Assembly: GCF_001194135.2 (NCBI RefSeq)
Contig: NC_068997.1
Coordinates: 49,476,004 to 49,512,490 of the forward strand
Direction of reading: 5' to 3'
DNA: 36,487 nucleotides
Origin: Octopus bimaculoides
Lineage: Eukaryota
In this document: piece by piece, positions 24,119 through 35,950 of the stretch
Numbering within the stretch: the first letter of the stretch is position 1
Layout: the number at the start of each line of letters is the position of its first letter
Made by a program: the position numbers and the translations under genes
Notes under the pieces: model-generated
Seen by the model: the letters and a program-made list of their open reading frames with translations, nothing else
What the model was told of the DNA's origin: nothing
Databases searched by the model: none

Positions 24119-24270
24119 CTGATGATGATGATGATGAGGATGATGATGATTTCAAATGTTGGCACAACGCCAGCAATTTCATTGACCCCCGCCCCGCCGC
24201 CCCAAGTGTTCAAATGGTGCATATTTTATCGACCCCTTAAAGGATGAAAGGCAAAGTCGACCACGGCGGC
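24119..24270 (-). mobile_element. SINE family B 3' portion, with an (ATC)n tail on the element strand
   Basis: GGCACAACGCCAGCAATTTC...ATTTTATCGACCCCTTAAAGGATGAAAGGCAAAGTCGACCACGGCGG. (GAT)n lies at 24119-24149 and (AAT)n at 24271-24331 on the other side. Confidence 0.75.
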
Positions 24271-24335
<65 letters not shown>

Positions 24336-26221
24336 TTTATGGAGAAGTACAGCACTTGGGAGGAAAGGATTAATCGATTAATTCTGTGTTTGTAATGATC
24401 GGTACCTTATTTATCTATCGCTTGAGCAATGATAAGCAAATTTGACCTTGCAAGACTTGGGCTAAAAAAAGAAGGATCCGAAAGAAAAAATGCAAGGTAT
24501 TTGAGCCGACTCTGCTCAAGGTGTTGAGCTAAGAATGAAACGCTCTATTCTGACGTCTTTCAGATGGGAGCAGATGCTGCCTTAGGAGAATTAGCCTCTG
24601 TACTCTGCTGCTGTTGTTGTTTCGTTCTTTTCAGTTTTTCTTACCAGAATGTCTTTCAACAATCTCTACTGTGGCAAATACAGCAGTTGGGATTTCTGTC
24701 TTGAATGAACGGTCTTAGACCCTTCTTCTCAGCGCCTGCTATAGAATACTGTTTTGGGGTCGTTTTTTTTCCCCTTTTTTGGTTTTACAGACAAGGTCTT
24801 TATATCTATGGCGATCTCATGCAAACTCATGACTCCAATAATAACGAGTTGACAACTTGCTTGTGTTGCGCCGCGACAGTTACCACGAATTGGGAGTCGA
24901 CGTGGTCCTGGATATCCTTTCTACGACCCCTTTATATTCCATTTCACATATCATGTCTCCCACGGTATTTGGAACGCACATCATAATATATTCCCAGCCA
25001 TCCTCTCCCGATGAGTGAAGACTCACTTCACTTATCATCAAACCCTGCATCAAATTACTCTACAAACAGTTACAAGAAAATCCCATATAGCTTGACAAGG
25101 CACAAGTAAATAATCAGGTAGCGATAGTATCAGGTAGCGAAGCATCCTCTTTTGTAATACAGTGTTTCCATGCAGTCCTTTTCTTACATAAATATCATAC
25201 AGCAAACGTTAATCGACTTGAAAGAATGCTGCAAAGAACGTCACCTGGCCTCCATTCCAAATACTTTTGTTTGACGATGTATGAGTGTGAAAGCGAATGT
25301 CGGTGTTGTTGTAGTCATTGTTGTCATTATTTTGTTGCTGTTATTTTGATTGTTGTTCTAGTCTTTGCTGTTATTGTTAACTGTGTTCAGTACACAGTGA
25401 TGTTCCTGCTGAGATATTTTTTCTCATTTCCGCTGTTAGAATGTCTGTAAGTTTAACCTAAATTGTTGTCACTTGGCTTTCTTTTCCTGTCCACAAGGTA
25501 TTTCGCTCTACTCACTGTTATTTTTCTCGGGGGCGTTTCCTCTAATACGAGAGGGTCACATTTTGCAGTTACACGATGAATGAAAATTGAAATTACGTAA
25601 AACAAAATCTCGAATAAATACTTTAAGAAATAAATATCTACTTCTACGAGATATCCTGTCATTCTTTAATTCATGAAGACAAGAAAATATCTCTAATCAT
25701 GAAAGTTCTTAGGAGCTACCATAAGGAACATTTGCGTAGAACAAGTGGAACAGTGACAACCACAATGATTACAATGATAATTGTCTCTAACATAGGCAAG
25801 AACTAACATTTAATCATTTCTTTTAATCGATCCCAAGAAAATATTCTTACCACCTTTAGTTTAATAAAGATGTTCGTCCATGTGATGGGCAAAAAGCAAA
25901 TAATAAAAACCGAGGGCTTTCTCTCAGTTTCTCCCAAAAATATTTCCGAAAATAAAATACAGCAAAAATTAAGGACGGAATTTTATAGGAGATCAAATAC
26001 GGGAGGTATGCCATATTTGATGAAAACCTCAAAACACTTGAGATAAAACCTTGGTAAAAAGATCCCTACCAGGCCAGGGATCTTTGGTGATCGTCCATAG
26101 GTCCCGGCCCGAAAGTTGTCCTGAACAGGCGGGTCAGGTATTTCTCGTCGACGCCCAGATTCTGCCCGAGAACGTCGTTGCACCTCCCCTCCACTAATGC
26201 TCTATAGAACGCCTTTGTTGT

Positions 26222-26275
<54 letters not shown>
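26222..26275 (+). repeat. (GATA)n microsatellite
   Basis: Direct reading. Confidence 0.95.
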
Positions 26276-26418
26276 TCCGAGTATGTATGATTGTGTATAG
26301 AATCATACATGTATTAGAATCATACATATATTATTAATCGATGAAATTCCAACCTGGTCTGATTTTCACGTTTTATTATTAGCAATTTTTACAATTTTAC
26401 TAGCATTTTCATGCGTTA

Positions 26419-26466
<48 letters not shown>

Positions 26467-27039
26467 TATCAACTTCAGCACTTTTGTTCTTTGACTTCTG
26501 AACTAGAAATAAAATAAACATTTCCTGAATAAAAACAAACAAGCTCTGATGGGAAGAATCGGAAATCATATTGGAAATCAGCGCCAGTATTTTTTTTCAA
26601 AAGTGCTTTGAGCTCTGTCATGAAACCGAAATAGTTTCATGTTATTCCTCGATGTATAATTTGTGACATTGGTATAATATAACATATTATTGACGGTGAA
26701 GAAGTAGTCAATTCACCGCAGCAACCGAAGCAGATGACTTTTGTATATTTTATGTACCCAAGAGAGATGGAGAATGAAGTGGAATGCAACCTGATTTGTG
26801 CGTATATGTGTGTCTATGTGTATGTGTATGTATATGATGTGTGTGTGATGTGCGTCCGTGTAATGAATGTATGTGTGAGTGTTTGTGTGTTTGTGGCTGT
26901 GTGCATGTAGAATATTAAAAATCTCTAGTCAGAGTGTGTATGTATGTATGTTTGTATGTATATCTGTATGTATACATGTACATATGCATTTTTTATGTAT
27001 GTATGTACGTACGTATATGCGATAATTCACGTGAGAGAA

Positions 27040-27089
<50 letters not shown>

Positions 27090-27288
27090 TGTGCGTGTGT
27101 GTGTGTGTGTGTGTGAGTAAAGAGTACGTTTTAGTAAATAAGTAAGACTGACTGCTGTGTGCGGTTGGTTGTGTATATATTTTCAACTGTATGTATTACA
27201 TAATTTTCAGAAATATCCTGGAATGAAATTCTTAAAGCCAGTTCTAAGAGCAATTAGCATGTGCATATGCATTGTATGCACGTATGCC

Positions 27289-27332
<44 letters not shown>

Positions 27333-27770
27333 TGTATGCTCGGGTGTTGCATGTATATTTACCCATTATCCATTTTATCATAAAAATGAAACAAATAGGT
27401 TTTTAGTTAACGAAAGTTTACAGGTTGATTCTAAAATCTAATAACAATATTTTGAATATATTTACAATTCACAACCAAAGGTCCCTCAGTTTCTCTCAGA
27501 CCACGCTTTGCTTTCGCGATAACCCTTTATCTTTTTTTTTTCTATTTTTAACTGAAGTGCATGACATATTTAAATAATGTGTAAATAATATAAGCCACCC
27601 ACGCACCCCCGGCATTGTATGTATTATTGCTTGTATATATCTGTGTGTATATGTGTGAGTGTATGTATATATATACATATATATATATATATGCATGTAT
27701 GTATATATACGTACATATATGTATGTATGTATATATATATATGTATATACTTACATATTCATATATATAC

Positions 27771-27809
<39 letters not shown>

Positions 27810-27812
<3 letters not shown>

Positions 27813-27870
27813 TTGTGTATATAAAAATGACCAGTAAGTGGTCTGTTGGTCATTTTTATATACACAAGTA
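27810..27870. repeat. Perfect 24-bp inverted repeat with 13-nt spacer
   Basis: TACTTGTGTATATAAAAATGACCA (27810-27833) and TGGTCATTTTTATATACACAAGTA (27847-27870) are exact reverse complements. Confidence 0.95.
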
Positions 27871-28449
27871 CTGTAATCCTTTTAGGATCTCGAAAATATT
27901 TTTCCTGAACCTTCTGATTCTTTTAATGTGCTAGTTTCCTGGTATTAAATTGATATTAATTAATATCGAAATTTTACCCTATTATGTTAATTATATATAN
28001 NNNNNNNNNNNNNNNNNNNNNNNNNNNNNNNNNNNNNNNNNNNNNNNNNNNNNNNNNNNNNNNNNNNNNNNNNNNNNNNNNNNNNNNNNNNNNNNNNNNN
28101 NNNNNNNNNNNNNNNNNNNNNNNNNNNNNGAAAATGAATAAAAATGAAAATAACACTTTTTTAAAACATTTTTTGGGTGTTTTAATTAATTTACATGTTT
28201 CGGTTTTTTTGAAAAACCTTATCAAAAATGAATATAAAATATGTGAGAAGAGAAAAGGGCTATTAATGAAATAAAATTGAAATTAAAATTAAGAATGACA
28301 TTCATAGTTTACTGTTATTTCTTGCATACGCCCGTGGTCCTTTCCTTGAGCACTGAAAACATGGTAATTCCAACTTGTTCTTTTAGTAGATTACTACTAT
28401 CTGTTTTAGTAAATTAAATAATGGTCAGGAATTCTAGGAGTGGTTGTAG

Positions 28450-28587
28450 CTGGTACTTAATTTATCGATTCCGAAAGGATGAAAGGCAAGGTCGGCCTCA
28501 GCGGAATTTGAACTCAGAACGTAACGGCAGACGAAATACCGCTAAGCATTTTGCCCGGCGTGCTAACGTTTCTGCCAACTTGCCGCT
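28450..28587 (-). mobile_element. SINE family B, intact head and body, 3' end missing
   Basis: Reverse complement: AGCGGCAAGTTGGCAGAAACGTTAGCACGCCGGGCAAAATGCTTAGCGGTATTTCGTCTGCCGTTACGTTCTGAGTTCAAATTCCGC..., collinear with 16044-16190. Confidence 0.85.
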
Positions 28588-29173
28588 TTCACAATACACT
28601 TTTCTGATATACTTTTGTATCTGGATATCTACAAGCAAATGCACGCATGTATGGGTATGAATGCATGCATTTATATGTGTATGTGTCCATGTGATGTGTG
28701 TGTGATGGTGTGTATATTAGTGTGTGGGCTTAAAATAGGAATTACGCCTCCTCTGTTTATTAATATAATCTTTAATGGGACACGAATTCTGTACGCTAGC
28801 TTATCCAGGGACATAATGACATAACAGCCTTCGTCTAACAGCGTTGTGTATAGAGGTGGAGGGCAAAAATTTCATCTGAGCTCAAACATTTTGGTTTCGT
28901 GTCGCGCCCTCCAGCGCACTTTCATATTATATATTAATGTGTTTGCGTTTCTGTGTGTGTGTGTGTGTGAGTTGTTGGTGGCCATTTACTCCCCTGGCTT
29001 CATCCGCCCTTTGTCAGGTATTATTTTTCATCCCGCAGGGTGTCTAAAAGAATCTCCTCTTCCTCATCAAGTAAGCTTTGGTGGATGTTGACGGTTTTGG
29101 CGCTGACGACCCGACAACGCAATAGGTTGTACTGGGTTACATGTTACCAGTAGCCGTGCTAACAAGTGACCTG

Positions 29174-29205
<32 letters not shown>

Positions 29206-29348
29206 GAATGTGTGTGTGTGTGTGTATGCTTGTGTGTGTGTATATGTATGCATGTATGTGAGTCAGTATGTGAATGTGAATGCGTGTATGTGTGTGTATA
29301 TATATATGTATATATATATAATGTATATATGTATGTGTCAGTATGTTA

Positions 29349-29386
<38 letters not shown>

Positions 29387-29504
29387 GTGTGTGTGTGTGT
29401 TTGTCTGTTTAATGAAAACAATCTGCAAATATCCGCCTATGAAAACTAGTTTACACCCTCGATTGATTTACACAACAAATCAGAAACAAACAAATCAGAA
29501 ACAA

Positions 29505-29852
29505 ACAAACAAACACACGTACACACACACATACACGCATGTTTACACACTCAGACGTGCACACACACGCATACACACACACACGCACAAACACACACAC
29601 ACACGCACACACATACACAGATACACAAATTTACACACATTCTCACACACACATACTCTCTCTTACGCACACACACACACACACACACACTGACAAACAT
29701 ATACACTCACCCACATTACCCACATAAATATTCACACACGAGACGCATATACACGGAAACTGACGCATACACTTACATAATGACACACAGACACACACAG
29801 ACACACACACACACACACACACATTCACCCCCACACATACACAAACACACCC
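29505..29852 (+). repeat. Imperfect (CA)n tract
   Basis: Direct reading. Confidence 0.9.
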
Positions 29853-30458
29853 ATTTCTAAAGAAACAAAATTGGTGCTACTAGGACATGTCTATGTGTAC
29901 CCAGGCTGCTTCAGATCAATGATGGCGACAAAGTCCACCTCGGCTCGTTCCAGAGCTTTAGATGACACCTGATGAATTTTGAAAAATAAACCTTCCTGCC
30001 GTATCAGGATTTAAATTTAGATCCTATAACAAGATTGTTATAGAAATTTTAATTTCAACACGTTGAGCCGAAAATATGGTTCGTCATTACAACACTTGAC
30101 CTAGGGTCAGCAATGAGTGGCCGCTGGGGTGTTCTATGTAGACTTCGGACATTTGTCTTTCATTTTGGCTTCTTGTCTGCTGTTTTTTAATCGAATTCAG
30201 CGTTTGGGTAGTCTATGCGTCATAAATTGTTTAATATTTGCTTACGTAAGCATCGACCGAGATGTATATGGCAAGAGGAATAAACATGCCGTTGTTTTTA
30301 TATGTAACATATGAATATGATATCTATGTAAGATATAATATAGATGTATAGATATTTATATATTTAAAATAAATAATATACGAGTAAGATATGGGAAAAT
30401 AGATATACGCATAGAATATATAATATAGATATCTCTAGATGCGCTTACAATTTTATAG

Positions 30459-30846
30459 GTGCCGGTGGCACGTAAAAAGTACCATTCGAACGTCGTCGAT
30501 GCCAGTGCCGACTGACTGGATCCCGTTCCGGTGGCATGTAAAAAAACACCATTCGAGCGTGGCCGATGCCAGTGCCGCCTGACTAGATCCCGTTCCGGTG
30601 GCACTAAAAAAAACACCATTCGAGCGTGGTCAATACCAGTGCCGCCTGACTGGCCCCCGTGCCGGTGGCACGTAAAAAGCACTTACTACACTCTCCGAGT
30701 GGTTGGTCTTAGGAAGGGCATTCAGCTGTAGAAACTTTGCTAAATCAGACTGGAGCCTGGTGCAGCCTGCTGGCTTCCCAGACCCCAGTCAAACCATACA
30801 ACCCATGCCAGTAGAGAAAGTGGACGTTAAAAGACGACGACGACGT
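30459..30846 (+). mobile_element. Non-autonomous element or LINE 3' end with an RTE-like tail and internal ~67-bp tandem array
   Basis: Units begin CCGGTGGCA at 30462, 30528, 30595 and 30662. They are followed by GGTTGG..TTAGGAAGGGCATTCAGCTGTAGAAAC (resembles RTE-clade 3' UTR motifs, from recall) and a (GAC)n tail at about 30832-30846. Confidence 0.65.
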
Positions 30847-32386
30847 CCAGGAGGAGGAAGAAGANNNNNNNNNNNNNNNNNNNNNNNNNNNNNNNNNNNN
30901 NNNNNNNNNNNNNNNNNNNNNNNNNNNNNNNNNNNNNNNNNNNNNNNNNNNNNNNNNNNNNNNNNNNNNNNNNNNNNNNNNNNNNNNNNNNNNNNNNNNN
31001 NNNNNNNNNNNNNNNNNNNNNNNNNNNNNNNNNNNNNNNNNNNNNNNNNNNNNNNNNNNNNNNNNNNNNNNNNNNNNNNNNNNNNNNNNNNNNNNNNNNN
31101 NNNNNNNNNNNNNNNNNNNNNNNNNNNNNNNNNNNNNNNNNNNNNNNNNNNNNNNNNNNNNNNNNNNNNNNNNNNNNNNNNNNNNNNNNNNNNNNNNNNN
31201 NNNNNNNNNNNNNNNNNNNNNNNNNNNNNNNNNNNNNNNNNNNNNNNNNNNNNNNNNNNNNNNNNNNNNNNNNNNNNNNNNNNNNNNNNNNNNNNNNNNN
31301 NNNNNNNNNNNNNNNNNNNNNNNNNNNNNNNNNNNNNNNNNNNNNNNNNNNNNNNNNNNNNNNNNNNNNNNNNNNNNNNNNNNNNNNNNNNNNNNNNNNN
31401 NNNNNNNNNNNNNNNNNNNNNNNNNNNNNNNNNNNNNNNNNNNNNNNNNNNNNNNNNNNNNNNNNNNNNNNNNNNNNNNNNNNNNNNNNNNNNNNNNNNN
31501 NNNNNNNNNNNNNNNNNNNNNNNNNNNNNNNTATATATATATATATATATATATTCGTGCGTGTGAATATATATATATATGTGTTGGGATGTGAGCTATG
31601 ATGTAATATAGATATAATAAAATAATTGTTACAGTAGATAACTGGAAGAAAAAAAACAATGAGAAACATGCCGTTATAAAGAAAACATTTCTGGCTACTG
31701 CTCGGAGACTGGGAGTATGGCCATCAAGAATCGGTCTCAATAATTCCGTCTGTCAGTCTTCCGCTAAAGTACGGAATTGGAGCAACGCCATATTCCTTTG
31801 TTAAACGAAAGTATTTTATTTATTATTTCTGCACAATTGAAACGATTTAATGTATTAATTAAACTAATGCTAACACAGCTGCCACCTGTATGTTATATAT
31901 GTACGTATATATATACATACGTACAAAATACATAAAGATTTGTATGAGATTAATGTATTTGTATATATATATATGTGTATATGTGTATATGTGTTTATAT
32001 ACGTTTAATCAAGCTGCACTTGGGACTCTAGTATTAGTATTCCTGTACCATAAACAATATATATAAAATTATGTATTTATAAAAAATATATATGCATAAT
32101 TTATGGATGGTAAAAGTCTCAAAAAAATGTAGACATCGAGGTAAATGTAGCTTTCCTGGCCTCAGAGGAAAGGTTGTTGGACTGGGTAGCTGAAAATCTC
32201 CAAGCATTTTGAAGTATTCTTGAAAACAAAACGAATCGTTAGTGCTGCCAAGCAGCGACAAGAAGGACATATGCGTATATTGAAATTGTATGGACGTAAC
32301 CGGGGAGAAGGAATTGGGGAGGTAAATCTTCGTAGAATACGCCAATGTAGATAAGGTGGAAATGCACTGCAGCACTCATGTCTTGG

Positions 32387-32711
32387 AGCACTCCGTCGGT
32401 TACGACGACGAGGATCCCATCAGATATGATCAACGGAACAGCTTGCTCGTGAAATTAACGTACAAGTGGCTGAGCACTCCACAGACACGTGTACCCCTAA
32501 CGTAGTTCTCAGGAAGATTCGGAGTGACACAGAGTGTGACAAGGCCGGCCCTTTTGAAATACAGGTACTACTCATTTTTGCCAGCTGAATGGATTGGAGC
32601 AACGTGAAGTAAAGTGTCTTGCTCAAGGACACAAACGTGTCGCCGGGAATTGAACTCACGACCTTACGAACGTGAGCCGAATGCCCCAACCACTAAGCCA
32701 CGCGCCTTCAC
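32387..32711 (-). mobile_element. SINE family C, full-length-looking tRNA-derived copy
   Basis: Reverse complement starts GTGAAGGCGCGTGGCTTAGTGG (A-box)...GAGTTCAATTCCC (B-box), then GTGTCCTTGAGCAAGACACTT...CAGCTGGCAAAAATGAGTAGTACC, then the body shared with 22743-22891. Confidence 0.9.
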
Positions 32712-33369
32712 TACTCATGTCTTATAGAGATAGACTTAATGCAGAAGGGCATAGCAAAGGGTGCACACATTTTCGGGCCGTTGACTACACGGACGTAAAT
32801 AAGACGCCCAGAACAAGGAAAACTTGGTTGCTCCACTGATTCTACTGTTTTACAAACCCTTGTGTGATGCATTAACTATTAATTGTGTGTCGCCTTGTGT
32901 ATAGCTTGAACAACCCTGGAATATGAGGGGACGTTGGCGAGGAGGATATGTGACAGACATAGCAGTGGGGTCAAAGAATAGAGGGTGGTGTGGTAGGCAC
33001 AGATGAAAGACACGGCAGAACAGAAGCAGCAGAGATGATGGGTGGCCACCCGGGGTGGATTTTAACAATAGCGAAAAATTCGTTTTTAAAAGAGAAATGG
33101 TTTTAAAATGAATGAAAACAGTGTGCATTTAAACTCAGCCCCACACATGCACACATGCACGTCTACCCTACGAACATGTATATATATATATTCCTTTATA
33201 CATGGAGAAATACATGCGCATAACTACTTACACATGTACACGCACACATGTATATATACGCACTATATTTACGTATGTAAATGATATTTCTTTGTAAATA
33301 TGAAACACAGATTCAAAAATGTACACTCTCTCTGACACACATATGTATATATATGTATATGTATGTATT

Positions 33370-33431
<62 letters not shown>

Positions 33432-33736
33432 NNNNNNNNNNNNNNNNNNNNNNNNNNNNNNNNNNNNNNNNNNNNNNNNNNNNNNNNNNNNNNNNNNNNN
33501 NNNNNNNNNNNNNNNNNNNNNNNNNNNNNNNNNNNNNNNNNNNNNNNNNNNNNNNNNNNNNNNNNNNNNNNNNNNNNNNNNNNNNNNNNNNNNNNNNNNN
33601 NNNNNNNNNNNNNNNNNNNNNNNNNNNNNNNNNNNNNNNNNNNNNNNNNNNNNNNNNNNNNNNNNNNNNNNNNNNNNNNNNNNNNNNNNNNNNNNNNNNN
33701 NNNNNNNNNNNNNNNNNNNNTATAGTATATATATAT

Positions 33737-33783
<47 letters not shown>

Positions 33784-34519
33784 TATATACACACAGATGT
33801 ACGCAAATACACACAAATACATACACTTAAGCCATTAATTAAAGAAAACACAACCGGTGAACCCAACCGTCTGGTTACCACTGTGTTGAAGTAGTTGTTG
33901 TCGATGATGATGATGATGATGACGATGTTGATGATGATGATGACGATTTTTCCATCCCCCAAAACGCGCTCCCCATGCCCCCGTTCCTTACAGAACACCA
34001 CCATGCCTAAGTCATACACTGACTGCAGCGACAGTCAATTAAGACTTCTTGAATAAACAACGCTTGCCTGTTTTTCCTTCAGCAAAGTATTTCACCAGGT
34101 GTGTATATATGGTAAGCAAACAGCGTGCACATAAGCAGCATTAATGTGCACAGTATGTACACAAACACAGCAGACAGACGCAAACACACTTGGGCAAATA
34201 CGTATATACATAGACATACACATACACACACGAATACACATACACCACACATATATATATATATANNNNNNNNNNNNNNNNNNNNNNNNNNNNNNNNNNN
34301 NNNNNNNNNNNNNNNNNNNNNNNNNNNNNNNNNNNNNNNNNNNNNTATACATTTATATGTCTAAATATGTATGTTTATATATTTATATATGTATGCATAA
34401 ACGTATGTATATATAGACATATATACATATTAAGGATATATATACGCAAATGTACTTACACATACATACATGCATATTGTATATGTCTCTGTGTGTGATA
34501 TATGTGTATGTATGTGTGT

Positions 34520-34559
<40 letters not shown>

Positions 34560-34850
34560 ATGTGTGAGTACACATTTTTAAAAAGGGCAAACATTAATAC
34601 CAAAAAGTAAATACAAATACAAGCTGGAATATAGAAGCGAGTGTTAGGTTGGATTCGAGACGGTATATACGCGTTACTGCAATAACCACATTGCTACAAT
34701 CCTTCTCAGCATGTCGTGTAGAGTATTTACATAAGCAAGCAACAATTTGGGGATCGTTCAGAATCCCAGCTCAGGAATAGTTAATGTTATTCCACTAGTT
34801 TGTAATTTTATTTGGATTTCATTCGGTCCCAACGTATATTTTTTATTGTA

Positions 34851-35413
34851 CAGGCTGTTCAAAACGTCTCTTTGCAGTGAATTTTTTTTAAGACACCATC
34901 AACACCGAGAGATATTGCTCAAATACTGTCTCTCCATTTGTAGGTCAACTCACCGAAAGTGAAGTTAATAAGGCATACTTTCAGCAAGGTGGAGCTACAG
35001 CACATACTTCGCGCATCACCATGGCGCTACTTCAAGAGTTTTCCGGTGAACGGATTATTTCGAAAGGACTTTGGCCACCAAGATCGCCTGATTTAACATC
35101 GCCAGACTTTTTTTCTGGGGAGCAAGTAAAGGACCAGTGTACAAGAATCGCCCGAAAACCATTAATGAGCTAAAAGACGCAATCATAACCTTCACACGGT
35201 CCATAGCACATCAAACTCTCCAAGATGTACTTCAAAACATGTGGAGAAGAGTCAACTTATGTATTGAAAATGAAAGACGATACTTTCAACATTCTTATAA
35301 AGTCTTTTAAAGTCTTGTAAAGTCTAATATATTCTTTTGTAGTTGTATACCATCTTCTAAAGATTTATTTTGCAATAAGATACTTACTGCGGAGAGACTT
35401 TTTGAACACCTTG
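34851..35413 (+). mobile_element. Internally deleted Tc1/mariner-superfamily transposon (rosa/DD41D-like) with both TIRs and TA flanks
   Basis: 5' TIR CAGGCTGTTCAAAACGTCTCTTTGCAGT (34851-34878) and the reverse complement of the 3' TIR CAAGGTGTTCAAAAAGTCTCTCCGCAGT (35386-35413) share 23/28 positions. TA lies at 34849-34850 and 35414-35415. Confidence 0.88.
34892..35310 (+). pseudogene. Transposase C-terminal remnant
   Basis: DTINTERY...YFQQ(G)GATAHTSRITMALLQEFSGERIISKGLWPPRSPDLTSPDFF / frameshift / WGASKGPVYKNRPKTINELKDAI...RRVNLCIENERRYFQH. QQDGA is mutated to QQGGA, and the N-terminal half is absent. Confidence 0.9.
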
Positions 35414-35890
35414 TATAAGTGTGTTACGAAACTACCGACGGGTAAGATTGAGAATATACTTTTTTCACTTAGGGTAATATCCAGCAATGGTGCATTTGTA
35501 ATTTAATAGTTAAACAGTATTTTTAATGTTGATAACGTATATCGGTTACTTAATTGGTTGAATGGTTAACTAGTTGACTAATGATAATACAAGAAGTGAA
35601 ATAAAACCAGTGCCTGTGTTTCTTATTAGCATAATGATCCTCAGAAGATACAAAAAATTTGTTTCAACACACAGTTTCATATCAGAAATGTTACAACCCT
35701 AATACAAGAATAGATTCGAATCTACCAGAACGTATTAAGATTAAATACGCACGTAATCTTTTAGATTCTTGCTGTCCGCCGTGCATATCAGAATTTATTA
35801 TCGTTTTGCAGATATCAGGATGCATGTGTTATCAGTTTTTCTCCTTCGAATTATAAGCAGGTTATCGACTCCTGTCACATAATTTGCCTC

Positions 35891-35950
35891 GGGTACTTCT
35901 TCTATCTGATGAGACACAATATGTCGAAACACCGGTGCCTTAGTATCCCT
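35891..35950 (+). ncRNA. Candidate degenerate minimal type I hammerhead ribozyme
   Basis: CTGATGA (35906-35912), stem II GACA/caata/TGTC, GAAA (35926-35929), near-palindromic stem III ACACCGGTG[C]. The cleavage triplet reads GCC instead of GUC, and stem I is only partly paired. Confidence 0.45.

Noticed and set aside
25114-25142. Short two-copy direct repeats (also 26298-26327 and 29473-29505)
   Set aside because: Ordinary slippage duplications with no further structure.
29968-29986. CTGATGA...GAAA hammerhead-like words
   Set aside because: No stem II can form between them.
30703-31740. Long ORFs of 280-331 aa in the ORF track (likewise those spanning other gaps)
   Set aside because: Composed almost entirely of X from N-gaps.
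32130-32340. ERLLDWVAEN, weakly like an RTE endonuclease segment
   Set aside because: Single short motif with no flanking GDFN or DH motifs in register.
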